A stretch of DNA of 25,625 nucleotides from Candidatus Nanohaloarchaea archaeon (GTDB lineage: Archaea > Nanohalarchaeota > Nanosalinia > Nanosalinales > Nanosalinaceae), in assembly GCA_042217585.1 (NCBI GenBank), contig JBDGSJ010000017.1, positions 1-25,625 on the forward strand, read 5' to 3'. The notes under the pieces were generated by a model. The model saw only the letters and a list, made by a program, of their open reading frames with translations, did not search any database and was not told where the DNA came from. Below, piece by piece: positions 1 to 7,932 of this stretch. The first letter of the stretch is position 1. Every line of letters begins with the position of its first letter. Made by a program: the position numbers and the translations under genes.

Positions 1-51
1 TGGCTAAATCGGACTCCGATAGCGGTAGCCTCCGGCAGGATCAACCGGAAT
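1..51 (-). rRNA. rrs: 16S rRNA gene, 5' end only (continues off the left edge)
   Basis: Reverse complement reads ATTCCGGTTGATCCTGCCGGAGGCTACCGCTATCGGAGTCCGATTTAGCCA, the canonical archaeal 16S 5' terminus. Confidence 0.97.
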
Positions 52-335
52 TGCCGTCACATAAATGGACGGGTTGGACGGGATGAAGTTCTCTGAACGA
101 GAACTCCTGCCTCAGGAAACCCTGAACGAGTCTCCGTCTTGGCGGTCCACACTAAAATGAACTACCTCTGTGGTCCGTCTCTCCTGCATCACGCAAAAGT
201 AGTATGCGCTCATTCTGGCCCTCCCGGGCTATACACCCGAGTACTCTCGTACCGGGTAAACTACAACTCCCCGTTAAACCTTATAAAGGGATTGCCGGGG
301 ACTCTCCACGCCAGCGACCTTCTCTGGCGCATGGT
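52..335 (-). other. rRNA 5' leader (external transcribed spacer)
   Basis: Lies between the TATA boxes and the 16S start. Contains hairpins such as ACCCG-GTAC-GAGA-GTAC-T-CGGGT (257-235), AGTTCTC/GAGAACT (about 88-106) and CGCCAG/CTGGCG (309-329). Confidence 0.75.
280..287 (-). promoter_or_regulatory. rRNA promoter P2 TATA box (TTTATAAG)
   Basis: Consensus-like archaeal TATA box on the minus strand upstream of the 16S gene. Confidence 0.65.
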
Positions 336-351
336 GGAAAAGAGCTCAAAA

Positions 352-360
352 TTTTATATA
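352..360 (-). promoter_or_regulatory. rRNA promoter P1 TATA box (TATATAAAA)
   Basis: Second TATA box 73 bp upstream of P2. It also reads TTTTATATA on the plus strand, so orientation is not fully certain. Confidence 0.55.
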
Positions 361-430
361 CGTAAGTAATCCGTGGGGCGATCCGGTCCGCACTGAAGCG
401 ATAAAAGACACCAGACCGAATCTCGGGTAG

Positions 431-1204
431 ATGGGAGAGAAGATCAAGGTAGTGGGGCTGAACTCGGGTTACTTCCTTGGCTACAACGGGAAGAAGGAGA
501 AGTACCTGAAGAACCCCCTGAGAAGCCTGATAGGGAACAGGTCCGCGGAGCGGGAGAGGCTGGACCGCTTCATCGAACTCGTGGAACAGGAGTCGCCGGA
601 CATAGTCGGGCTTGTCGAGATCGACATGGGCTCGATCAGGACCGGCACGGAAGACGGCCAGATCAGCTTCATCAGGAGCCGGCTGGAGGAGAACGGAAAT
701 GGGTACCGGGCGGGCTCCGGCTTCAAGTACAGGGACCTGTCGATCCTGAAGAAAGTCCCCGTGGTCTCATCCATGGCCAACGGCGTGCTGACCGACCGGG
801 GAGAGATACAGTTCCACCACCTGGAGAGAGGATGGAAGAGGCTGATGATAGAGGTGGAGAGGGAGGACCTGTCGGTGTTCATCGTCCACCTGCCCTACTA
901 CCTGTTCGACCGGACCAAGGAGAAACAGATAGAGCAGATCTCGGAGATTATCTCGGAACGGGACCGGTACGTCATCTTCGGCGACTTCAACATAGACGGG
1001 ATGGACGAGCTGGACCTTCTGAGAGAAAGGAACGGGGCAGAAGTGTTCTCGCCCGGCGACACGTACCCGGCGTACGACCCCCGAAACCCCTACGACCTGT
1101 TCATAACCGGTCCAGGGGTGGAGATGGAGAGGCACGAGGTCCTCGATGTCGAGATCTCCGACCACCTCGGGATAAAGGCTGAGATAGAACTGGGGGAGAA
1201 ATAA
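431..1204 (+). CDS. Endonuclease/exonuclease/phosphatase (EEP) family protein
   Basis: Motifs PDIVGLVE, VHL, IFGDFN, TYPA, YDLF and ISDHLG in the expected order. Confidence 0.88.
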   Translation: MGEKIKVVGLNSGYFLGYNGKKEKYLKNPLRSLIGNRSAERERLDRFIELVEQESPDIVGLVEIDMGSIRTGTEDGQISFIRSRLEENGNGYRAGSGFKYRDLSILKKVPVVSSMANGVLTDRGEIQFHHLERGWKRLMIEVEREDLSVFIVHLPYYLFDRTKEKQIEQISEIISERDRYVIFGDFNIDGMDELDLLRERNGAEVFSPGDTYPAYDPRNPYDLFITGPGVEMERHEVLDVEISDHLGIKAEIELGEK

Positions 1205-1215
1205 GGGGAGGACAC

Positions 1216-2433
1216 CTACCTGGCCTCTATGGCGTCGACGAGGCGGCGGACCGCTATCCTGTAGGCGGCCTCCCTGCCGTAGACGGATTCCTCCTCCCTC
1301 AGCTGCCTGAAGTCGGTGTATGCGCCCTGTATGTTGTTCCTGAGCCTCTCCAGGACCTCTTCCCTGTCCCAGTACTCGCCGGTCCTGTTCTGGACCCACT
1401 CGTAGTAGGACACCGTGACGCCGCCAGAGTTCGCGAGTATGTCCGGCACCACCGTTATGTCGCGGTCCTCGAGTATCTCGTCGGCCTCCCTCGTGGTCGG
1501 TCCGTTCGCTATCTCGACGATGTAGTCCGCCGAGACCTCGTCGGCGTTCTCCCCGGTTATCACACCTCCTATCGCCGCGGGGATCAGGAAGTTGACATCG
1601 AGTTCGAGCAGGTCCTCGTTCGAGAGGTCCTCCGCGTGGCCGGAGACCGTGCCTTTCTCCTCGACGTGTTCCACGAGCTGGTCGTGGTCCAGTCCCTCGG
1701 GGTCGTAAGTGCCTCCTCCCCGGTCTGAGACTGCGACCACGTCGACTCCCATCTCCTCCAGCTTCTCGACCGCGGGAGACGCCGCGTTGCCGAATCCCTG
1801 GACCGCAGCAGTCAGATCGCCCGTTTCAAGACCTTCCTCCTCGATCATCTTCTCGATCACGTAGGCCGCGCCGTAGCCGGTGGCGTCGGACCGACCCTCG
1901 CTCCCGAAGGCCTCGACCGGCTTCCCTGTTATGACGGCGGGCACCATGTCTCCCTCGGTCCTCGAGTACGCGTCCATCATCCAGGCCATGTGCTTCCCGC
2001 CCGTGTTCATGTCGGGCGCCGGGACGTCCCGGTCAGGACCTATCAGCGGCGATATGGCCTCGATGTATCTCTCGGAGAGCCTCTTCTCCTCCGACTCTGA
2101 AAGCCGGGAAGGGTTCACTACGACTCCTCCCTTTCCGCCGCCGTAGGGTATGTCCGCGACCGCGCATTTCAGGGACATCCACAGCGAGAGGGCCTTGACC
2201 TCTTCCTCGTTCACGTCGGGTGAGAACCTGATCCCTCCCTTCGCGGGACCTCTAAGGGTGGAGTGCTGGGACCTGTAACCCCTGAACACCTCGGTTGAGC
2301 CGTCGTCCATCTCCACCTCGAAGTTGACCTCGACCGTCCTCTCGTGGTCCTTCAGTCTTTCGTAGTGGTCCTCTGCGTCGATTTTCTCCAGCGCATCCCT
2401 CAAGTTTTTCCTCGCGTCCTCGAGCTCTGTCAT
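1216..2433 (-). CDS. gdhA: Glutamate dehydrogenase (Glu/Leu/Phe/Val dehydrogenase family)
   Basis: RGPAKGGIRF, GGGKGG, DVPAPD, ITGKP, VQGFGNA, EIANGP and PDILANSGGVTVSYYEWVQN. Confidence 0.96.
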   Translation of the reverse strand: MTELEDARKNLRDALEKIDAEDHYERLKDHERTVEVNFEVEMDDGSTEVFRGYRSQHSTLRGPAKGGIRFSPDVNEEEVKALSLWMSLKCAVADIPYGGGKGGVVVNPSRLSESEEKRLSERYIEAISPLIGPDRDVPAPDMNTGGKHMAWMMDAYSRTEGDMVPAVITGKPVEAFGSEGRSDATGYGAAYVIEKMIEEEGLETGDLTAAVQGFGNAASPAVEKLEEMGVDVVAVSDRGGGTYDPEGLDHDQLVEHVEEKGTVSGHAEDLSNEDLLELDVNFLIPAAIGGVITGENADEVSADYIVEIANGPTTREADEILEDRDITVVPDILANSGGVTVSYYEWVQNRTGEYWDREEVLERLRNNIQGAYTDFRQLREEESVYGREAAYRIAVRRLVDAIEAR

Positions 2434-2494
2434 ATTACCTGGTAATACCTGGAGTTTTAAGCCGGTTTGGTTTACCTACGGTAAGCGGGTTACC
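2433..2494. promoter_or_regulatory. gdhA promoter with palindromic TTACC/GGTAA sites
   Basis: Minus-strand CTTAAAA at 2461-2455; TATTACC-T-GGTAATA at 2433-2447; TTACC-TAC-GGTAA at 2472-2484. Confidence 0.5.
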
Positions 2495-2552
2495 GGGAGA
2501 GCGCTCCGCGGATAGGCGGAAGAACCAGAATCAAGAAAGATACAGGGATCAG

Positions 2553-2627
2553 GGCGGAGGGCGGGATTTGAACCCGCGTCCCGACCGCCACAAGGTCGGA
2601 GTATAGACCAGCTAACCTACCTCCACC
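2553..2627 (-). tRNA. tRNA-His(GTG) with encoded G-1, no encoded CCA, no intron
   Basis: Acceptor stem GTGGAGG/CCTCCGC with G-1:C73, anticodon arm CGACC-TTGTGGC-GGTCG, T arm GCGGG-TTCAAAT-CCCGC. Own TATA box (TTTAAAAG) near 2669-2662. Confidence 0.96.
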
Positions 2628-2693
2628 AGTACAGAACTCTATCATCGAATTGACTCTCAAACTTTTAAACTACCTCCGGGGTGAAGGTTGGGA

Positions 2694-2758
2694 AATGTCA
2701 GTGGGTGTTCACGTCATCACTCCCCTTTCGGGGTCAGGCGTAACTCCTCATCATCCGT
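2694..2758 (-). ncRNA. Box C/D 2'-O-methylation guide sRNA
   Basis: Minus strand: box C ATGATGA (2754-2748), guide GGAGTTACGC, D' CTGA (2737-2734), hairpin CCCC-GAAA-GGGG, C' GTGATGA (2720-2714), guide CGTGAACACCCA, D CTGA (2701-2698). A TATA-like GTTAAAAG lies near 2786-2779. Ends are approximate. Confidence 0.9.
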
Positions 2759-2827
2759 GGGATTATTCCGTCTCCACTCTTTTAACCTGTTGCCGTGGAA
2801 AAGAAGGAAGGTGGAGATGTGAGGTCC

Positions 2828-4963
2828 TCAGCTTACCGTCACCTGCGTGTGCATCCCTGAGCCGGGAGAGCCGTGGAACCTGCAGTAAATGCTGTAGGTT
2901 CCTTCCTCGTCAAACCTGAGTTTCATGCTCTCTCCTCTGGAGAGAGTCACGTCGACTTTCCCTGATTCAAGGGTTACGGTATGCCTGCCCTCTGTATTTA
3001 CAAAACTGATGACCTGGCCCTCGCTTATCTTGATGGAATCGCTGGAGAAACGGTAGTTGCTTAGCGTGACGTTCATGTCCGCCGCTTCATCCGTCCTCTC
3101 GACCGGTCCCCCGGACTGTGATGTCCCGGATTCCTGCTCTTCCGTCTCCTGCGGACCCGTGGAGCGGTTTCTCTCTGTCTCTTCTTTCTCTACCTCTTTC
3201 TCGGCCTCGTGGAAACCCGGAAGAGCCATCTCCGAGTTCTTCTCCGCCTTCAGTTCACCGTCAACGTAGAGGTCCACGGATACGTTGTAGGTCCCTTCCT
3301 CGAGCTTGACCCTGTGGGTGTCCGTGAGCCGGGTCAGTGCCTGTCCGGTCGCTCCTTCCGAGGACCTGACCCTGTACTCGAACTTCACGGTGCTTCCAGT
3401 GGTCTCTGTGCTGGATTCGACGGTGTAACCGGTGTTAGGGGCAGTGTATCCCATCGAGGATACGATCACAAGTCCCTTGGACTCTATGGAGAGATCTGTC
3501 TCTCCGACCGATCCGGGGCTTTCAGACGGTCCGCGTCTTTCTCTTGCCTCTTTCTTCTTCTCTTTCCTGTACTCCTCGATTATCTTGAGCCTCTCCTCGA
3601 CGGATTCGGCTTCTCTCAGCCCCTCTGCCATCCCTCGGGCTTCTTCGGCTGATTCCGCCATGTCGGCTCTCTCCGATCTCGCCCTCTCTGCTATCTCCTC
3701 GGGAGCGAGTTTGCCGAAGTTTCTCGTCCTCTCCATCGAGTTCGCGCGGATGGCAAGCTTCTTGGCCTCGAAGTAGTCTCCCTCGCTGTAGGCCTTCTGG
3801 GCATCCACCAATAGTTCACGGGCTTTCTCGGAAGAGGAAGCGTTGATGCCTGATTCGGCGATGTTTATCGTCCTGTTCGCCGCTTTCCTAAGACCTCTGT
3901 TCATCTTCTGGAGATCCTGTCTCCATTCCGGACCTGCCCTGCTGTTCCGGTCCGCCCATTCCTTCCTGTTGTCAAGCGCTGATTCCGCGGCGGATTCCTC
4001 CGGGGGACCTGATATCCTGTCCACCGTCCTGTTGGTCTCGGCCTGGATCCTGTTCGCGATCTGCCGGGCGAACCGGGGTTTGCCTGTCACCTTGATGGTG
4101 TCGGCGGACGAGCTCTCGACCCTTGCGACGGCCTCGGAGATCTGTTCCTCGGAACCTATCACCATGGAGGCCGAGTTCGGGACCACAGGGACCGATATGG
4201 CGTGCCTGAAGTTAGCGGCAGCCACTATGACCAGGGTGGAGATGTTCCTGTTCGTACTGAGGGTCCTGTTCTGTATCCTGTCGGCGAGCCTCTGGATCTG
4301 TTCCCTGTCCGTACCCGAAGGTATCTCCTCGACTTCAACGTTCTCTACACCTATAGCTTCCAGGTCCTGAGTGACGTTCACCGCGTCCGTCGAGTAAACC
4401 TCGACCTCGGTCGCGTTGAGGTCGTTGACCTGCGAGAGGACGGATGCTGAAAGGGTTCCCTCCTTGGAGATCAGTATCGGTTCGTCCTCGTCCTGGACCT
4501 CGTTCCTGACCGCGGCCAGGAGCTTGTAGGAAGAGTTCCAGTAAGCGTTTCCTGCCTGCGGGTACTGTACTATGACCGCTTCATCCGTTCCCTCCGCCCA
4601 GAAGTACTCGGAGACCTGGACCGAGGTCCCGACCTGGGTCATCCCCCAGAGACGGGTCGTGGTGTTCACATGGTTCGAGATCGTCTGCTGGACCTCCTCC
4701 GATACTACCCGGGGTCCTCCGACTATGTAAGCCCTGGAGGCGTTTAACCGCTCCAGTGCGTTCGCCGTCGAATTACTCAGGGAATTCTTCTCTGTAAGCA
4801 GGACCGGTATGCCGAGTTTATCGGCCGGCGCCGCCGATATCATGGCGTCCGGATAGTTCGCAGTGGATGCGATTATAACACTGTCAACGTTTTGTGCGCT
4901 TTGAGCAGAAGCGGCCCCGAGGACCGCCGTTACCGCGATTAAAGCTGTGAGAAGTTTCTTCAT
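2828..4963 (-). CDS. Secreted surface protein with cell-wall-binding repeat 2 (CWB2)-like N-terminus, coiled-coil middle and C-terminal cupredoxin domain (711 aa)
   Basis: Start moved from 5230 to the ATG at 4963 (signal peptide MKKLLTALIAVTAVLGAASA-Q; TTTAAG about 25 bp upstream). CWB2 pattern VIIASTANYPDA..A..A.KLGIPVLLT...YIVGG..VVS. Type 1 Cu ligands in GRHTV and YCRFHGSPGSGM. Confidence 0.85.
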   Translation of the reverse strand: MKKLLTALIAVTAVLGAASAQSAQNVDSVIIASTANYPDAMISAAPADKLGIPVLLTEKNSLSNSTANALERLNASRAYIVGGPRVVSEEVQQTISNHVNTTTRLWGMTQVGTSVQVSEYFWAEGTDEAVIVQYPQAGNAYWNSSYKLLAAVRNEVQDEDEPILISKEGTLSASVLSQVNDLNATEVEVYSTDAVNVTQDLEAIGVENVEVEEIPSGTDREQIQRLADRIQNRTLSTNRNISTLVIVAAANFRHAISVPVVPNSASMVIGSEEQISEAVARVESSSADTIKVTGKPRFARQIANRIQAETNRTVDRISGPPEESAAESALDNRKEWADRNSRAGPEWRQDLQKMNRGLRKAANRTINIAESGINASSSEKARELLVDAQKAYSEGDYFEAKKLAIRANSMERTRNFGKLAPEEIAERARSERADMAESAEEARGMAEGLREAESVEERLKIIEEYRKEKKKEARERRGPSESPGSVGETDLSIESKGLVIVSSMGYTAPNTGYTVESSTETTGSTVKFEYRVRSSEGATGQALTRLTDTHRVKLEEGTYNVSVDLYVDGELKAEKNSEMALPGFHEAEKEVEKEETERNRSTGPQETEEQESGTSQSGGPVERTDEAADMNVTLSNYRFSSDSIKISEGQVISFVNTEGRHTVTLESGKVDVTLSRGESMKLRFDEEGTYSIYCRFHGSPGSGMHTQVTVS

Positions 4964-5087
4964 ATTTATGTAATTTCTGCGGAACCTCTTAAACGTTTCC
5001 TTGAATCCTCGTTCAGTTCTCTCTGTCGTCTGACCTCGACCAGGGCATCGAAACCGTGTTATAGCTGGAGCCCGAAGACTGGATACG

Positions 5088-5657
5088 ATGGGTTCAGTAA
5101 GCTTACCCGAGTCCATCAGTCTATCTGAAGGTGATTCGGGGACCCAGTCCTCCGCGATCGGAAGGAACCTTTCAGTGACCGCGGCTCTTACGGCATCAGG
5201 TATCGCGGGCAGGGTCGCTCTCCAGCACATCCCGAGCGTGGAGACTGTGCTCCCTGTAGCGGTCGCTGTTGGCTTCTACCACGACTGGCGGCACGGCGCC
5301 GCCTCGGGCGTCTCGGGATACTATGTCACGAACTTCCTCGTCTGGGGAGGCCAGGGACCCTGGACGCTTTTCCAGATGGTTGGAGCAGGGATGGCTGGCG
5401 CATCTGGAGGACTGTTCTCGAAGCTCTCCAGAAACGGCAGATCGCTGGCAGCGGCCTTAGCTACCGGCACAGTACTTTTCGAGCTTTCTGTGAACCTGGG
5501 TTCGGTGATATACGTTCCGATGGCTGCCTCGATAGGTCTCGCATATTTCGCGGCCGCAATACCGTACGGTTTAATACATTTAACCAGTTCAATTGGGATA
5601 GGGTTGACAATCCATGGCTTCAACCGACAGATCAGACAGCTTTACAGACAGGATTAA
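5088..5657 (+). CDS. ECF transporter S component, CbrT-like (probably cobalamin)
   Basis: About six hydrophobic segments with RVALQHIPSVE and TNFLVWGGQGPWTLFQM motifs; overlaps a DUF4430 gene. Confidence 0.8.
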   Translation: MGSVSLPESISLSEGDSGTQSSAIGRNLSVTAALTASGIAGRVALQHIPSVETVLPVAVAVGFYHDWRHGAASGVSGYYVTNFLVWGGQGPWTLFQMVGAGMAGASGGLFSKLSRNGRSLAAALATGTVLFELSVNLGSVIYVPMAASIGLAYFAAAIPYGLIHLTSSIGIGLTIHGFNRQIRQLYRQD

Positions 5658-6048
5658 CTGGAAGTACATCGCCGGAGGAGTCCTTGTGCTGGCCTTGCTT
5701 CTAGGAGCTCTGGAACTCAAGAGCCGGACCCCGGCACCTGGACCTGAACAGATGACGGTCAGTGTGACGGTCGAGCGACCTGACGTCACCAAGCAGAAGA
5801 ACGTCAGTTTGGGCGTCAATTCTACAGCTCTCAGAGCACTCAACGAGAGCTTCACCGTGGACTACCGGAGGACTGACCTCGGGGTCTACGTGACCTCGAT
5901 CGACGGCCTCGCGAGCAACAGCACCCATTACTGGGCGTTCTGGGTGAACGGCGATTACGCCAAGAAAGGCGTAGGTAGCTACGTGCTGTCCGAAGGAGAC
6001 AGAGTTACCTTCAACTACACGGCCCTGAACTCCAGCGTAACCGGTTAA
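5614..6048 (+). CDS. Membrane-anchored DUF4430 (transcobalamin beta-domain-like) protein
   Basis: N-terminal TM helix followed by TALRAL, GVYVTSIDG, YWAFWVNG...GVGSYVLSEGDRVTF. Confidence 0.85.
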   Translation: MASTDRSDSFTDRINWKYIAGGVLVLALLLGALELKSRTPAPGPEQMTVSVTVERPDVTKQKNVSLGVNSTALRALNESFTVDYRRTDLGVYVTSIDGLASNSTHYWAFWVNGDYAKKGVGSYVLSEGDRVTFNYTALNSSVTG

Positions 6049-6074
6049 ACCTGAGCAGGTTCCCACCTGCCAAC

Positions 6075-6263
6075 TCATATTTCTTTATTTCCAGGATGGT
6101 AACCCGAGGACTCCAGCGACCTCTTCGCGACCTTCGTGCTGCATCCCTCGTTCTCCCGGCAGAACTCCTCACATCTCTCCGCGACATCCCTGTTGCCGTA
6201 GTGCATGCCGCATATCTCACACTTGAAGGCCTCGATGCCCTCATACTCCTCTTCCTTTACCAT
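6075..6263 (-). CDS. Small Cys-rich, probably zinc-binding protein (62 aa)
   Basis: FKCEICGMHY...CEEFC....C motif; BRE/TATA-like CGAAAAACTTAAC about 25-40 bp upstream of the ATG. Confidence 0.75.
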   Translation of the reverse strand: MVKEEEYEGIEAFKCEICGMHYGNRDVAERCEEFCRENEGCSTKVAKRSLESSGYHPGNKEI

Positions 6264-6304
6264 CTGAACCTTTTTCTTGACTGAACACGGTTAAGTTTTT
6301 CGAA

Positions 6305-7162
6305 TCAGCCTATCCTCTGCACCAGTCCGCGGGCGATCCACCGGTTCAGCAGGATTATCAGACCGTTCAGCAGGTAGAAAATTCCGAAAGTAGCTATCAG
6401 GGACGGTATAAAATGATACCATCTTACGTTGACTATCCTGTCATTTCTCTCCAGTTGCCTGAGTCTTTCCAGGTCACCCAGAACTTCCTTTATTCGCTCT
6501 ATAGCTGAATCCCGGCCGACTTCCTTCCTGAATTTCCTCCAGTCCTTTTCGAGGTTCCTGATCCTCTGGAGACGTTCCCGCTCTCCTACCTCCATCCTCG
6601 CAATCTCCATGGCTCTGGCACTGTACTCCGAAAGAGACCAGTTATCTGCCCCCTTCACTTTTTTGTAGAACTTTACAAGCCTGTCCTCCCTGTAATCCCA
6701 TTTCATCGTCTCGATGTAGTGTTGGCGTGAGAAGAAATAACCGTGTTCAGGAGAGAAAACTATACCCTCGCTCAGGCTCGCGTAGTCCGGATCTAGGGTT
6801 TGCGGCGAGGAAGGACGCAGGAAGAAAAAAGGAAGATCATAATAGAGCTTGACAGCCTTCGAACCATACTTCTGGACAGTGTCAGAGCTCTTCTCATCCA
6901 CCAGCTGGCGGTATTCTGTCCTGAGGGCTTCAGAACCGTTCACCGCTGTCTCGCCGAAAATCTTCTTCTCTGTCTCTCTTAGTACGTCAAGAAAACCCTT
7001 CTTCCCACGCAGGCTTGCCGATCTCTCGCCGTAGGAACTGGCCCTGTAGTTCTCCACCGCGACGGCAGAGAGGACCACGAAAAGAGAGAAAAGCAAGGGT
7101 AGAAACAGCTTCCTCTTCTCGAACTTCACCAATTCAACAATAAGTTCACTGACGCTCCGCAA
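6305..7162 (-). CDS. Hypothetical membrane protein (N- and C-terminal TM helices, charged helical loop)
   Basis: 285-codon ORF filling the gap between neighbours. TM segments LFLPLLFSLFVVLSAVAV and FIPSLIATFGIFYLLNGLIILL. TTG start is uncertain. Confidence 0.7.
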   Translation of the reverse strand: MRSVSELIVELVKFEKRKLFLPLLFSLFVVLSAVAVENYRASSYGERSASLRGKKGFLDVLRETEKKIFGETAVNGSEALRTEYRQLVDEKSSDTVQKYGSKAVKLYYDLPFFFLRPSSPQTLDPDYASLSEGIVFSPEHGYFFSRQHYIETMKWDYREDRLVKFYKKVKGADNWSLSEYSARAMEIARMEVGERERLQRIRNLEKDWRKFRKEVGRDSAIERIKEVLGDLERLRQLERNDRIVNVRWYHFIPSLIATFGIFYLLNGLIILLNRWIARGLVQRIG

Positions 7163-7198
7163 TGCCTGTCTCCCCTGTGATTACCCTTTCTCGTTAGC

Positions 7199-7852
7199 CT
7201 ACGATTGAGGGCTGATCCTTTTAGGGTTATCCGAACTGTTACCTCCTGTTCCACCGGCACCGTCTTCCATCGTCTGATTGCCAGCCCCTGCTCCTGTACC
7301 GGTATCAGGTTCCTGAGCGGTCCTGTTCGTGCCGCCAGGACCCGGAGTCGTTCCGTTGGGACCTCCTGGACCGGGCGTGCTGCCTGGACCTGGAGCAGTA
7401 CCGTTTCCGCCGGCGAAGGCGGGGACATCGCCGGGAATCCTTTCCTGCGCCCTTCTGATGTTCTTCATGGCTGTACTGATGCCTTTCATAGCTTCCTGCG
7501 GCACCCTGCTCTTTACCTGCTGGAGGACCTGTCTTGCCTTGGCCAGACCTTTCGCATCACCTGACTTTGCCCTCTTCGCGACCTTGTTAAGTTGATTCAG
7601 AGCCCTCTTCATGGACTGTGTCTTGTTTTGCCGTGCCATCGCACGTACCTCGGCAGCTCTTTCCACAGCTATACCGCCAGGAGATGCAATTCCGATGGAC
7701 ATCGCGGTATTATCTACAGCAACCTCAAGACCGTAGAGAGCAGAATCGGGTGTCACCCACCCCGGACTCGCCTGGATCTCCTGGGTTTGAGCTGCAGCAG
7801 TGCCCGCCAGCACAAGCACTGAGAACACAATCGCCAGCGTTCTGTTCTTCAT
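7199..7852 (-). CDS. Secreted DUF5667-like protein with Pro/Gly-rich tail
   Basis: Signal peptide ending AGTAAA-Q, PGWVTPDSALYGLEVAVD...ERAAE motif, PGPG repeats. Confidence 0.75.
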   Translation of the reverse strand: MKNRTLAIVFSVLVLAGTAAAQTQEIQASPGWVTPDSALYGLEVAVDNTAMSIGIASPGGIAVERAAEVRAMARQNKTQSMKRALNQLNKVAKRAKSGDAKGLAKARQVLQQVKSRVPQEAMKGISTAMKNIRRAQERIPGDVPAFAGGNGTAPGPGSTPGPGGPNGTTPGPGGTNRTAQEPDTGTGAGAGNQTMEDGAGGTGGNSSDNPKRISPQS

Positions 7853-7932
7853 ACCAATAAGTTAGCCAGGATAGATGAAAAAGGTTTCCCGGGGAGGGAC
7901 TTTTTCTTATACATGGAAAGTAAAAGGAAGAT

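Noticed and set aside
139..369. 76-aa ORF on the plus strand
   Set aside because: Antisense to the rRNA leader and promoters, TTG start, atypical composition.
2650..2919. 89-aa ORF across the tRNA-His/sRNA intergenic region
   Set aside because: TTG start, antisense to the C/D sRNA and overlapping the end of the surface-protein gene.
5010..5087. Possible cobalamin riboswitch upstream of the ECF S gene (GAGCCCGAAGAC resembles a B12 box)
   Set aside because: The rest of the riboswitch core is missing, and CGAAA..TTATAG about 25 bp before the ATG at 5088 fits a leaderless promoter. An Infernal scan would settle it.
4964..5230. N-terminal 89 codons of the 800-aa ORF
   Set aside because: They overlap the ECF gene on the opposite strand; the signal peptide and TATA box place the start at 4963.
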